A DNA stretch of 64,000 nucleotides from a virus (IMGVR_UViG_3300037453_000856:1092-65091), one strand, 5' to 3'; counted from the first letter of the stretch, positions 45,377 through 54,759 are shown. Notes: generated from the sequence alone by a model not told the origin. Numbers and translations are program-made.

Positions 45377-46267
45377 TCATCCTTTTATTTTGTTTGCTTC
45401 TTCAATTATCATGTTTGCTAGTTCTTCCGGGTTTTTGTTTTCCATGCCTTCTTGTACTATTACCACGCTGTGCGGACCGAACAGGGATTTCCCTATCATG
45501 TCTACGGCGTCGTTCCCCCACGCGTGCTGCGCCGGAGTGCCGTGCCCGTATCCCGCGTCTGGTATGCGGTCTGCCCTTTCTATCCATGACATCATAAGCC
45601 ATCTTGGCATAGCAGGACAGCAAAGCGGGAAGCCGATTCGCTTCAAGTCGAACGGCTGATCTGCGTTTTTGATCTTGGTGGCAACTACGCAACCTTCGTT
45701 GCTTCTTTCTGTTTCCAAGATCTTCGCCATGTTGATCTCCACGCGGTTTCCGCGCCTTTCGATCTCTTTGGCCGCGATCGCGATGTTCGCTCCCGCTTTC
45801 GCTATATCCTCGGCGGTCACGTAGTGAGGCATGCCTGTCACTACCACCAGTCTGATGACTTTCGCTTTCTTCCTGATGTATTGTTTCCGCCGCATGCAGG
45901 TTGGGATTCCCATAATTGCGGCAGGGACGCAGACTTCGTCCCCTACCACGTCATTTATGGTCCTTACGCCCTTGATCATGCCTTCGCACTTTTTGTTTTT
46001 GTCGCGAAAGCGATCCTTGATGTACCCCAGGCGTTTGTCGTAGCCGTATTGCAGATATTTCTTGCCTTCTTCGGCAGAATCTATCCCAACGCCGCTGACG
46101 CCTTGTTTGGCCGCTTTGTTCAGCACCCAAAAGTCGGGGTCCCTGTGTCGGTAGTGCTCGTTCTTTTCTTTTTTGCTTTCCAGATAGTCGCGGATAGCGT
46201 TCGTACCTGTGTGCATCTGGTAAAAGATAGTGTACTTGCCTATCTGCTTTTTGACTACTTCTTGCAT
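45377..46267 (-). CDS. vWA-like partner of MoxR ATPase
   Basis: GDEVCVPAAIMGIPTCM, beta-alpha vWA pattern, adjacent to MoxR. Confidence 0.7.
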   Translation of the reverse strand: MQEVVKKQIGKYTIFYQMHTGTNAIRDYLESKKEKNEHYRHRDPDFWVLNKAAKQGVSGVGIDSAEEGKKYLQYGYDKRLGYIKDRFRDKNKKCEGMIKGVRTINDVVGDEVCVPAAIMGIPTCMRRKQYIRKKAKVIRLVVVTGMPHYVTAEDIAKAGANIAIAAKEIERRGNRVEINMAKILETERSNEGCVVATKIKNADQPFDLKRIGFPLCCPAMPRWLMMSWIERADRIPDAGYGHGTPAQHAWGNDAVDMIGKSLFGPHSVVIVQEGMENKNPEELANMIIEEANKIKG

Positions 46268-46270
46268 GGC

Positions 46271-47308
46271 TTATTCCTCCATGGTTCTTTCGATTTCGAC
46301 TGTGGCCTTGTAGAATCTGTTGTCTCTCATCCCGCGAACCTTTTCGATTTCGCCGATAATGATCTTTACATCGTCTCTACTTAAGCCTTTGATCAGGTTC
46401 TGTTTGACCGTCTTCACCGTGCCGATGTCTCCCTCGACAGCGACAAAACGCTCGAACGCCCTGTAGCTGACGATCACCTCTAAGCCAGCATCTTTGACCG
46501 CTTTGCGGACGGCTCTGAGGTATTCGATCAGTTCCTGGTCGCCGTTGGCGATGGCTTCCTCGATCTTCGGACTGTAGTCCATCTTGATCAAGGCGAACCT
46601 GTCAAGCGACGCTGCGTCTAGCTTGTTTCTGGCGCTGTAGGCGGAGTTGGCACCTTCACCAACCGTGTTGCCTGCGGCGATTACTCTGAAGTTCGGATTG
46701 GCTTCGATGTTCCTGATAGGAGCAGGGAAGTCAAAGCACTTGTTCGCAATAGCCATGTTCAGGATTGTCAAGACCTCGGGGATTGACGCGTCGATTTCGT
46801 CGAACAGCATCAAGCCGCCTTTCGTGAAGGCGTCGAAGAACGCCGTAGGCACGTACAGACCTCTGGTGTTTGAATAACCTTTGACCTGGTGTTCCTGCGT
46901 GACCGCGTTCGTGTAGTAATAGTCCAAGCCGAGCGCGTCAGCGATCTGTTTGGCTAATACGTTTTTGCCGCAGCCGGCAGGCCCCACGATGAACAGAGGC
47001 ACGTTCTTCGCGACGTACTTTACGGCTTCCTCGAAGATCTCGTGCGTGACGCCCTTGATCTCCCTGATTTTGCCGTCGACATCCTTGATCTCGATTCTCT
47101 GCGGAACTGCGCCGTAAATCTCAACCAGACGGTTTTCAACGTCTTTCTTGATCTCTTCGACTTGCTCTTCCGTCAGAGTTTTCCTCTGAAGCTCTTCAAT
47201 GGTCTTCCGGATTGCCGCGAACACCATTGCCGCTTCGTTTTTGAACTGGCTGTCCTGAGTCAATTCGTTTTTGGCTTTTTCCCACAACTCGAAATTTTCA
47301 TTACCCAT
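46271..47308 (-). CDS. MoxR/CbbQ-family AAA+ ATPase
   Basis: GPAGCGKN Walker A, LFDEID Walker B, IAAGNT, LDAASLDRF. Confidence 0.9.
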   Translation of the reverse strand: MGNENFELWEKAKNELTQDSQFKNEAAMVFAAIRKTIEELQRKTLTEEQVEEIKKDVENRLVEIYGAVPQRIEIKDVDGKIREIKGVTHEIFEEAVKYVAKNVPLFIVGPAGCGKNVLAKQIADALGLDYYYTNAVTQEHQVKGYSNTRGLYVPTAFFDAFTKGGLMLFDEIDASIPEVLTILNMAIANKCFDFPAPIRNIEANPNFRVIAAGNTVGEGANSAYSARNKLDAASLDRFALIKMDYSPKIEEAIANGDQELIEYLRAVRKAVKDAGLEVIVSYRAFERFVAVEGDIGTVKTVKQNLIKGLSRDDVKIIIGEIEKVRGMRDNRFYKATVEIERTMEE

Positions 47309-47337
47309 GTTTGGATTCTCCGTTTTGGTTTTTTGTC

Positions 47338-47832
47338 TTATTCTTGCTCCATGGCCTTAGCTTTTGCTTCAGCCACGAAGTTTCTTATGATTGTTTGTAT
47401 TTGTTCGCTGGCCTGTCTGTAGAGCGTCTTGGCTCCGAACAGGTACGCTAGCATGTATAGCTTGGTTATTTCGGCAGTAATCAGGTTTCTGGTTCTGCCG
47501 TTGGCCGCGTCCCACCTAATGTAGTGAGAGTTCAAGATCACTCCGTGCTTGCTGTCTCCCCATTTCGCGTAGAACGTGTCTTTTTCCTTGATTTGCTCGT
47601 TCCACAGGTCCTCGTCCAGTATCATGAAGTCTTCGCCTTCCTCTTCGGCTCTGGCTTTAAGCACCCAGCCCCAGATAGGCGTTCCTCGCCTTCCTTCATA
47701 CTGTCCGTTTTTCCCTGTATCTTGGAACAGCAGCTCGTTCTTTTTAAGAACGTCCTCTATTTCCTCTCTTGACAGCTCAGTGGCAAAAGTGCCACTGATG
47801 CTGTCTGAAGCGATCATGATGTATCCGCCCAT
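47338..47832 (-). CDS. Hypothetical protein
   Basis: Packed early ORF. Confidence 0.65.
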   Translation of the reverse strand: MGGYIMIASDSISGTFATELSREEIEDVLKKNELLFQDTGKNGQYEGRRGTPIWGWVLKARAEEEGEDFMILDEDLWNEQIKEKDTFYAKWGDSKHGVILNSHYIRWDAANGRTRNLITAEITKLYMLAYLFGAKTLYRQASEQIQTIIRNFVAEAKAKAMEQE

Positions 47833-48236
47833 TATTCGCTCCTTTCCATCCCTTCTTTCTCTTCCTTGAGTTCGAAAGCGATGGTGCCCTTGACGATCTG
47901 CTCCATTGGCTTGCAGAAGCGCATTTCTGTCTCGTCGTCGAGTTCCAGGTCGCAGTCTTCCTCGACTTTGTCTTTCAGCGCGTTGTACACATCATATGTG
48001 TACATGTTCGAGAGCTTGTCGAGCGCGAATTCCATTTCCTGGGGGCTGTCGGCTTCCCAGAACATGCACTTGTACTTCATAGCCTTGCTGGTTTCTAGGA
48101 ACTTTATGATGTTCTTGCCGAAGGCGCCCACCGTTGAGTGAAGCTTGCCCTGCTTCCTGTCGGTCTCCGACACCTCGAAGAGTTCAACACTGTCCCTGGA
48201 AGCGCAATAGATTGCGGTCATGGTGATTTTTCTCAT
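47832..48236 (-). CDS. Hypothetical protein
   Basis: GGAGG SD. Confidence 0.65.
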   Translation of the reverse strand: MRKITMTAIYCASRDSVELFEVSETDRKQGKLHSTVGAFGKNIIKFLETSKAMKYKCMFWEADSPQEMEFALDKLSNMYTYDVYNALKDKVEEDCDLELDDETEMRFCKPMEQIVKGTIAFELKEEKEGMERSE

Positions 48237-48239
48237 GTC

Positions 48240-48662
48240 TTAGTCCTCCTGTTTCTTGTTTTTGTTAATCTCTTTTCTCAAGTCTCTGAAGTTCTGGAAC
48301 ATCTCCCAAACGTTGACCATCGTCTCTTTGGTGATGTATACCAGTTTTTCTTTGAGCGCGATGAGCGTTTCGGTCGCGAGTTCGGCGTCTTCCGCGTCTT
48401 TGATGCGTTCGACCAGGCCGTCGGCGACTTCGTCAGTGAACTTTCTGGCTTTCTCTTCCATCACGTCTTCGATTTCGCTTTGCGACTTGTCTCTGGCGGT
48501 GCAGAGGTTCTTGAAGCTTTCGTTGCTGGTGATGATGTCGTCCAGCGCATTCCTCAGGTTGAAGCTGAACATGACCCTGCCTTCGGCGGGCCCGTCCAAT
48601 TCGTTGAGGCTGATCTGTCCGGTGACGATGTTCAGATGAACGTTCGGTCTAGCAATTCTCAT
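48240..48662 (-). CDS. Hypothetical helical protein
   Basis: AAGGAG SD. Confidence 0.65.
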   Translation of the reverse strand: MRIARPNVHLNIVTGQISLNELDGPAEGRVMFSFNLRNALDDIITSNESFKNLCTARDKSQSEIEDVMEEKARKFTDEVADGLVERIKDAEDAELATETLIALKEKLVYITKETMVNVWEMFQNFRDLRKEINKNKKQED

Positions 48663-48945
48663 TCTGGTTCTCCTTTTGATTGGTGTTTGTTAGTTTGTCG
48701 TATGTTTCTTTGTTGTTTTCTTTCCAAAATTCAGCCATGTCTTCGCTTACTTTGTACACGGCCCAGCGTTTTCTTTTTGTTCTTATTGTTATTGTTGCGA
48801 CAGGCAGCTTGAAAATGTGCCTGATGTCGTGTATTCTTGCGCTTAACCGGTAGCATGTGTAGTCGGCTATTGCGCTTTTCTGTGTTATTTCCTTACCTTT
48901 CAGTAAGTCTAACAGTATTCTTTTTGCTTGTGCTTCTTCTTCCAT
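48649..48945 (-). CDS. Winged-helix DNA-binding protein
   Basis: LLKGKEITQKSA...YRLSARIHDIR pattern. Confidence 0.65.
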   Translation of the reverse strand: MEEEAQAKRILLDLLKGKEITQKSAIADYTCYRLSARIHDIRHIFKLPVATITIRTKRKRWAVYKVSEDMAEFWKENNKETYDKLTNTNQKENQNENC

Positions 48946-48957
48946 ACTTTTCTTTTT

Positions 48958-49003
48958 AAATTTATAAATTTTTAAATTTCACAAGAAATAAAAATATAAA
49001 TTT
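48958..49003. promoter_or_regulatory. AT-rich hairpin element H1 (loop ACAA/TTGT)
   Basis: Imperfect inverted repeat directly upstream of 48945 start. Confidence 0.75.
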
Positions 49004-49013
49004 ATCTTGCTTT

Positions 49014-49268
49014 TTATTCTTCTCTTTCTATCTTTCGTCCGCAGTTCGGGCAATAGTTAATGCCGGAGACATGGGCTTGGTAATAGCATTTTTCGCATTC
49101 CCAAGTGTTGAACTCTTCGGCAAGGTACCATTGTGTCGTTTCCTCTCGCTCTAGCGTCTTGATTGCGTTGTCAATCGATAAAAGCATGTCGTCGCTGTCT
49201 TCAAATATCAGCTCCTTTGCCAGCTCTTTTAAATCGCTTAAGCCTTTTATCGTTTCTTTGTTTGTCAT
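49014..49268 (-). CDS. Zn-ribbon protein, paralogue of 36012-36278
   Basis: MTNKETI...AIKTLEREE...CEKC...YCPNCGRKI. Confidence 0.75.
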   Translation of the reverse strand: MTNKETIKGLSDLKELAKELIFEDSDDMLLSIDNAIKTLEREETTQWYLAEEFNTWECEKCYYQAHVSGINYCPNCGRKIEREE

Positions 49269-49543
49269 TTTTCTTCCTTCTTCTCCGTTAATATTCCCTT
49301 TTCCCTTAGTTTGTTATAAGCAACCGCTTCTTTCTTTGTGCGGAAACATAAACGATCCCACTCAAAATCTTTTTGGCCGTTTGAAGCATACGTATAATCA
49401 ATCCAAAACCAATCATCGCCATCTGGTCTTGCTTTTATAAACTTTGCTTTTACCGGCTTGAAGTGGTTGTGATAGCCGTCGTGATAATCGTAAACAAGCA
49501 CCCAAATGGTATCGCCTTTCTTTAAGTTTTTTACGATAATCAT
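49265..49543 (-). CDS. SH3/KOW-like family protein
   Basis: LKKGDTIWV...CFRTKKEA. Confidence 0.7.
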   Translation of the reverse strand: MIIVKNLKKGDTIWVLVYDYHDGYHNHFKPVKAKFIKARPDGDDWFWIDYTYASNGQKDFEWDRLCFRTKKEAVAYNKLREKGILTEKKEEK

Positions 49544-50196
49544 TTTGTTTCCTCTTCTTGCTTTGGTATTGCTGGTATATTGGATAGACGGTTTTTTACT
49601 TCTTCAAGCTTCGCTTCCGTTTCTGCGAGTTTCTTTTCGTAATGTCTCGCGAGAACAATATATGCTTCGTGTTCTGTTTCGCACGGTTTGTATCTTGCGC
49701 TTCCCATTGTCCATTCGTAGTTTTCGACACTTGCTTCCCACCTCTTCTTTGTGGAACGTACAACTTCGCCTTTGTCAAAATCGACAACCCACACAACGGT
49801 CTCTTCTTCTTTTACCTTGGCAAGTTCGTCTTTGAGTGCTGATAATGTTGCTTTTCTTTGTCCTAGTTCTGTTTTGGCTAGTTCAACATATTTTTCTTGC
49901 AATTCAATTTCACCTTCTATCGCTTGCGATTTGGTTATGCCTACAAATTTGTGGTTGAACTTTGTTGGGAGTAAGCTGTCGGCTTTGAATTCAACGCAAT
50001 TTTCTTGCTTGCTTATAACAACCGCCTCTGACAAAAAGCCGTGATATATCCATACTTTATCGCCAGCTTTCAGCTGCTCAAATTCTTTTTCTGTCATTCC
50101 TTTTCTCCCTTTTTGTTGTTGTTGTGGCTTATCCAAACTAACTCTTCGTTCTTGTTGTAAAACGGGTATATAAGTTTTTGCCCGCAATACGGGCAA
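49540..50196 (-). CDS. Two-module SH3/KOW-like family protein (start approx 50097)
   Basis: MTEKEFEQLKAGDKVWI...GITKSQA, second module ...CETEHEA. Confidence 0.65.
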   Translation of the reverse strand: MPVLRAKTYIPVLQQERRVSLDKPQQQQKGRKGMTEKEFEQLKAGDKVWIYHGFLSEAVVISKQENCVEFKADSLLPTKFNHKFVGITKSQAIEGEIELQEKYVELAKTELGQRKATLSALKDELAKVKEEETVVWVVDFDKGEVVRSTKKRWEASVENYEWTMGSARYKPCETEHEAYIVLARHYEKKLAETEAKLEEVKNRLSNIPAIPKQEEETK

Positions 50197-50387
50197 TATC
50201 TTTCCTTCTTGCCTTGCGGTCTGTCTTTAAGCCCTTCCCAGAAAATGTAGTTCTTAACAACTTTGTGGCACGACGGGCATACTGATCTCACATTGTTGAA
50301 TATCTTTCCCCAGCCGTGAATCACCACTCGTTCCGCAATTTGTTTGTCGTTGTTCATTTTCTTCTTTTTAATCCGTGTTTCCGGCAT
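50094..50387 (-). CDS. Zn-ribbon protein
   Basis: CPSC...YCPYCGQKL. Confidence 0.65.
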   Translation of the reverse strand: MPETRIKKKKMNNDKQIAERVVIHGWGKIFNNVRSVCPSCHKVVKNYIFWEGLKDRPQGKKERYCPYCGQKLIYPFYNKNEELVWISHNNNKKGEKE

Positions 50388-50395
50388 AAATTATA

Positions 50396-50788
50396 TTAAA
50401 AGCTCTTTTCTGACGTCAATGTTTTGTTGATACTTGTTTGCTTTTCCAGCCATGTATCAAAAAGCCATTTTTCCGCCAGCTCGTTTATCTCTTGCGTTTC
50501 CGTGAAGAACTCAGGCAGTGAGTACACCTTGCCTATCACGATTATTTGGCGCATGTGTTCCTTGTCCGGCACTAGCATTCCCAGCAGGAATATGAATAGC
50601 CCTATCACGGCTATTTTCATTGCGCCCGCCGTTACGTCTTCCAGGTTTTTAACCTTGTACTTGTTCCTTAAGTATTCGGTCATGATCGTCAGCCCTAGGC
50701 CTCCCAGAGTTACCATAGCTCCTGCTACTCCCACGGCTGCTTTGACCCAGTTTGCCATTACCAGCATGTAGCTTTCAAACATGTTCAT
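50396..50788 (-). CDS. Two-TM membrane protein
   Basis: AAVGVAGAMVTLGGLGLTI and IAVIGLFIFLLGMLV. Confidence 0.7.
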   Translation of the reverse strand: MNMFESYMLVMANWVKAAVGVAGAMVTLGGLGLTIMTEYLRNKYKVKNLEDVTAGAMKIAVIGLFIFLLGMLVPDKEHMRQIIVIGKVYSLPEFFTETQEINELAEKWLFDTWLEKQTSINKTLTSEKSF

Positions 50789-50798
50789 ATCGTGTCTC

Positions 50799-51080
50799 CT
50801 ATTTGTAGTCTTCCATCAAGAAGCGCCTGAGCGTTTTGCAGCGCACGCTGTCCATTTTCTGGACGTGTTCCCTGTCTTGCGTGTCTTCGTGCGTATAGCA
50901 CGCCTTGATCTCGTCGGCTTTCAGGTTCCCGCTTTCGTCCAGCGCTCCTCTGAAGCCCAGTTTTACGCACCACTCTTTCGCTTTTTCCAAGACCGTTCCG
51001 TCGTCTCCTGTTTCCAGCGTGAATCTGATTGCGTTCGTCGGGTCGTAAGACCCCGGCACATAGAAGGTGACTTTACTCAT
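50799..51080 (-). CDS. Hypothetical protein
   Basis: GAGG SD. Confidence 0.6.
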   Translation of the reverse strand: MSKVTFYVPGSYDPTNAIRFTLETGDDGTVLEKAKEWCVKLGFRGALDESGNLKADEIKACYTHEDTQDREHVQKMDSVRCKTLRRFLMEDYK

Positions 51081-51348
51081 CTTCGTTTTCCTCTTGGCTT
51101 GGTGTTAACTCGATGTCCGGCAGCTTGCTGCCTGAATGGACCGTTATTTTTGTATCCCATTCAAAGAACGAGCTTTCCGGATAAAGTATTATCTTTTCGT
51201 CTTTGTAGTCTTTTCTTACGATCTCTTCCGCTTCCGTTTCGTTTTCGGCTTCTACTTGCACCCACTTTTGAAGCGTTTCCGTTATCTCGACTACGTAGTA
51301 GCTTTTCATTTTGTTTCCTCCTGTTCGCGCTCTTTCAGCTTTTTCCAA
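51073..51348 (-). CDS. DpnD/PcfM-like protein
   Basis: YVVEITETLQKWVQVEAENETEAEEIV...YKDEKIIL. Confidence 0.75.
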   Translation of the reverse strand: MEKAERARTGGNKMKSYYVVEITETLQKWVQVEAENETEAEEIVRKDYKDEKIILYPESSFFEWDTKITVHSGSKLPDIELTPSQEENEDE

Positions 51349-51707
51349 TCTTCCGCTATTATCCTTTTTTGGAGTTCCTTGAACATTTCCCTAGCGTCTT
51401 CTATCGACATTGTTTTTTTAGTTTGCCAGATGCTGGTTATTTTGATTTCCAGCAGGTACTCAAGTCTCCTGCGGATGTCGCACATGTCCTTGACGTCGAA
51501 GTCATAGAACATTATGTCTTCGTCTTTGTATTCCGTGTCTTCCAGGAACTTGTCAAGCTTTTGTCTGCGCTTTTCGTCCACGTTGTTTTTTAGGATGTCT
51601 TTCAGCCGCTCGTTTTCGAGTGTGCCCTCTTCCGTCACGCAGACGAATCCGCTTATGGTTTCGCGACTTTTGTCTGGTTCTTCGAACATTAAGCTTAATA
51701 TGTACAT
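51306..51707 (-). CDS. Hypothetical protein
   Basis: AAGGAG SD. Confidence 0.65.
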   Translation of the reverse strand: MYILSLMFEEPDKSRETISGFVCVTEEGTLENERLKDILKNNVDEKRRQKLDKFLEDTEYKDEDIMFYDFDVKDMCDIRRRLEYLLEIKITSIWQTKKTMSIEDAREMFKELQKRIIAEDWKKLKEREQEETK

Positions 51708-51717
51708 TGTGTTCTCC

Positions 51718-52068
51718 TTATGTGTAGCTTACCGCCTTTTTCAATACCAGATCGTCTATTATTTCGTCATATTTGACAAATCTCGGGTCTCTGTTGTTTT
51801 TCACGTAGAAATATGTGTCTTTGTAATACCCGCGAAAGACGTGGTATCCTGCTTTTACGCAGGCGTACAGCGCTTCGTTGAATTCTTCCGGCGAGAACGC
51901 CACCTTTTTTTCTTTTCCGGTTTCTTTGTCTTTGTATGTTACGTTTCTTCCGTGCCTCGGCTCATATTCTCCATGCCCTCCTAAGAAGTAGTCTACCAGA
52001 GCTTGTACCACTATCTCCCTTGGCTCTTTCGGGAAGTCATGTTCGTTCTTTTCTATGTTGATATTCAT
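51718..52068 (-). CDS. Hypothetical protein
   Basis: Packed early ORF. Confidence 0.65.
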   Translation of the reverse strand: MNINIEKNEHDFPKEPREIVVQALVDYFLGGHGEYEPRHGRNVTYKDKETGKEKKVAFSPEEFNEALYACVKAGYHVFRGYYKDTYFYVKNNRDPRFVKYDEIIDDLVLKKAVSYT

Positions 52069-52509
52069 TTACTTCTTCCACAGTTTGTTGGCGATCCTTT
52101 TCCAGATGGAGCCCCGGTTCTTTTTGTCCACTTCCTTTTCCAAGACTTCTATTTTGGTTTTCATGAGTTCGTTTTCCTGGCGGAATTTGACGATTTCCTT
52201 TTTCCAAAATTCGATTTCTTTCTGCTTGCTTTCCTGTTCTTGCAGCAGCCAGTCGAGCTCGTCGGTTCTGAGCAGCACCGTTTTGTCCACGGCAGCGTGC
52301 TCTTCTTGAGATTTCCTTCTCCTTCCGATGCTTTCCTTGCCGTCTTTGGCGCTCTGGAGGCTGAACCAGAAGTTCTCTGATTGCGTCTTGTAGCCCATTC
52401 TGTCCATGATCTTCGCATCAAACGTGATCAGCGTTCCTTCGCGAAGCTCGCCGATTCTGTTGAGGTACCAGATTTTTCTCGGTTTAGCGGTTTTCCTTTC
52501 CTTTTTCAT
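52069..52509 (-). CDS. SH3-like family protein with coiled coil
   Basis: KIWYL...FWFSLQSAKD; GAGGAG SD. Confidence 0.6.
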   Translation of the reverse strand: MKKERKTAKPRKIWYLNRIGELREGTLITFDAKIMDRMGYKTQSENFWFSLQSAKDGKESIGRRRKSQEEHAAVDKTVLLRTDELDWLLQEQESKQKEIEFWKKEIVKFRQENELMKTKIEVLEKEVDKKNRGSIWKRIANKLWKK

Positions 52510-52912
52510 CTTTGTTCTCCTCTTTTTCTTGTAATTTTCTTATTTCTTTTTGTATGCCCACGCGCCATGTCGTGAATCTTTTGTGTTCTTCGTAGAGGGT
52601 TTCTGTGTAGTCGTTCGTCGGTTTCCCGCTGACTTCCAATATCTTTTCTGTCAGCTCTGCGTCTACTACGTCTATCCACGCCAGCTCTTTTTCCAGAACT
52701 TCCAGTTCCGTTTTCCCGGCTTCGTCTTTTATTATTTCCACTATTTTTGCGTGGTTTTTGTCGAGCGGCAGCGCGACTGTCACCACGTACTTTTCTTCTT
52801 TCACCACCTTGCCTTTTTCCGTGTAAGGAGGGTTCGGTGTTAGGTACCACGGCCACCCGTACGCGTCTTTCTTGAAGACGTATATGTCGTCGCCCGCCTT
52901 GTAATCGTTCAT
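52484..52912 (-). CDS. SH3/KOW-like family protein
   Basis: YKAGDDIYVF...GKVV; GGGAG SD. Confidence 0.65.
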   Translation of the reverse strand: MNDYKAGDDIYVFKKDAYGWPWYLTPNPPYTEKGKVVKEEKYVVTVALPLDKNHAKIVEIIKDEAGKTELEVLEKELAWIDVVDAELTEKILEVSGKPTNDYTETLYEEHKRFTTWRVGIQKEIRKLQEKEENKDEKGKENR

Positions 52913-52935
52913 CTTGTTCTCCCTTTGTAATATAG

Positions 52936-52961
52936 GGCCTTTTAACGTCTTGCCCAGGACG
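52936..52961 (-). ncRNA. Isolated pseudoknot-family copy (PK8)
   Basis: Plus GGCC-TTTT-AACGTC-T-TGCC-CAG-GACG; 19 nt from stop of ArdC-like gene. Confidence 0.8.
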
Positions 52962-52979
52962 GATAGGTTCGCTGCTTGC

Positions 52980-53774
52980 TTAAGCGGTGGCAGCTTCCGC
53001 TTTTTCGGGACCCAGGAGCCTCTTGATGCAGAGGAGAGCCGCGGTCATCGCCTGGTAATACGCGGTCTTGTTGCATTTGACAAGATCGAGCATTTTCTGG
53101 CAATATTCCTCGCACTCCTGCTGGGTCTCGTAGATGTTTTCACCCATGCGGGCGAGCATCTGGTGGGAGAACAAAGCGGCAGCGAGTTCTTCCTTGGGCT
53201 TGGCTTCGTCGGTCATCCAGTAGCGTCTGGTGCCGGGGAGGAAGCCCATGGCGTGGAAGATCTCGTGCAGGACGGTCATCTTGTCGTGGACAGTCTTGAC
53301 CGCGTCCTTGGTCAGCGAGATGGTGACCTCGTTGGTGTCTTCGTCGAGCGTGGCCTTGTTGACCTCGTCAGGGTTGCAGACAAACCTGACGCCCATGGCC
53401 TTGACCTTATCCACTACAGCCTTGAACTCAGGGCGGGGTTCGCCGTCCTCGGCGACCTTGCCAACTCTCAGCCACTTGAGGCTCTTGACCTCGCGGTAGC
53501 CGGTCTTTGGATCGGGCTTTTTGTCGACAACGTAGCCATTTTCGACCACAAATTTGCTGGTGTCAACGCCGCGCTTCTTCGCGTAGTACTCGCTCTCGAA
53601 GTCGCCGGACTCGTTGAACACGCTCATGAGGCAGAACTTGTTGATCTTCCCGTTGAAAGAAACGGGGTTGTAATGATCTTCAATCGGCATTCCGGCCTTG
53701 TAGGCGTCGATCGCTTTCTTGTTCATACCGCACTTGTTGTGATAACTGTAAAGAGATTTGATGTTTTTGTCCAT
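52980..53774 (-). CDS. ArdC-like / polyvalent-protein zincin metallopeptidase
   Basis: VLHEIFHAMG HExxH, KEELAAALFS, C-terminal helices like the ArdC protease domain. Confidence 0.65.
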   Translation of the reverse strand: MDKNIKSLYSYHNKCGMNKKAIDAYKAGMPIEDHYNPVSFNGKINKFCLMSVFNESGDFESEYYAKKRGVDTSKFVVENGYVVDKKPDPKTGYREVKSLKWLRVGKVAEDGEPRPEFKAVVDKVKAMGVRFVCNPDEVNKATLDEDTNEVTISLTKDAVKTVHDKMTVLHEIFHAMGFLPGTRRYWMTDEAKPKEELAAALFSHQMLARMGENIYETQQECEEYCQKMLDLVKCNKTAYYQAMTAALLCIKRLLGPEKAEAATA

Positions 53775-53809
53775 AGTTTTACCTCTATGTTGTTGAATTT
53801 GTGTTGTTT

Positions 53810-53851
53810 AAAAATATTATTTTTAATTTCACAAGAAATAAAAATATTTTT
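53810..53851. promoter_or_regulatory. AT-rich hairpin element H2 (loop ACAA/TTGT)
   Basis: Imperfect inverted repeat upstream of 53774 start. Confidence 0.75.
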
Positions 53852-54507
53852 TATCTTTTCCTATATTTCATGTCGTAGTCGTAAGACGAGTCTTTGTATT
53901 CCCATCTCTGCCATTGCATGCAGCTTGACGTTACTTCCGCGTCGATCATCTGCGTTTTTTCCGCGAGCTTGATGATCTTGTCTTTGAAGTACTTGAGAGG
54001 GACCTCTTCCGTTTCGTAGTTTCTGAGATGTCCGCTGATATTGACGGTGTAGACGAACTCTCCGAGTTTCGTCTTTGCCTTGTAGATTTTGATCTCGCAG
54101 CCGCCTTCGCTGCCGACGGGCATGTAGCTGTCCGGGTCGGCTTTGTATTCGCCCCAGCGCTTGTCCATTTCCTTGTAGAACTCTTCGCTCCAGGCCCATT
54201 TGATGTTTCTTTTCTGGCGCTTTCTGTGCTCGGCCCAGTATCTGTCGTCCATGGCGTCTCGCTCTTTGCGGCTCTTGTGGTTCTTTTTCCACTTTGCCCA
54301 GCCGCCTTCTTTGCTGACTTCTCGCGGTGTATAGTTGTTCTCGTCTACGACGTTCCATTTGAGTTTCAGGCTTTTCCCGAAGTCTTTGTCCGGCTCCAAG
54401 GTCTTGCCTTGCTCAAGCATGAATCTCACTTTGCAATGTACGTGCGTCCAAATGCTCATAATTTGTTTTTTCCTTGTGGAGGGTTGGGGAGGCTTTTGCC
54501 TCCCCAT
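53851..54507 (-). CDS. Hypothetical protein with basic insertion
   Basis: 218 aa ORF; MSIWTHVH probable start. Confidence 0.65.
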   Translation of the reverse strand: MGRQKPPQPSTRKKQIMSIWTHVHCKVRFMLEQGKTLEPDKDFGKSLKLKWNVVDENNYTPREVSKEGGWAKWKKNHKSRKERDAMDDRYWAEHRKRQKRNIKWAWSEEFYKEMDKRWGEYKADPDSYMPVGSEGGCEIKIYKAKTKLGEFVYTVNISGHLRNYETEEVPLKYFKDKIIKLAEKTQMIDAEVTSSCMQWQRWEYKDSSYDYDMKYRKR

Positions 54508-54513
54508 TTGTTG

Positions 54514-54705
54514 TTAGTCCTCTAACTCGACCATCTCATCGATGGCGTTGATGACCTGGATGTCCTCGTCCGTCAGGCCGACGCTCTTTGCAAGGGCGTT
54601 TTCGAATTTGCGCTTCTTGCTGTTTAACTTGCTAATGGAATCGAGTGTTACCGCCTTCACAGAGGCGACCGAGTAAGGCTTTTTAGCAGCCATGGTAAAC
54701 TCCAC
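54514..54705 (-). CDS. Small protein (start probably MAAKK, approx 54693)
   Basis: GGAG SD before MAAKKPY. Confidence 0.65.
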   Translation of the reverse strand: MEFTMAAKKPYSVASVKAVTLDSISKLNSKKRKFENALAKSVGLTDEDIQVINAIDEMVELED

Positions 54706-54729
54706 TTTGTGGGTTAATTGGTGATTATG

Positions 54730-54759
54730 CTGGGCAGTTTAGCGACTTGCCCGGGTCGT
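54730..54759 (-). ncRNA. Isolated pseudoknot-family copy (PK6)
   Basis: Plus GGCA-GTTT-AGCGAC-T-TGCC-CGG-GTCGT; compensatory GAC/GTC swap relative to array copies. Confidence 0.8.
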
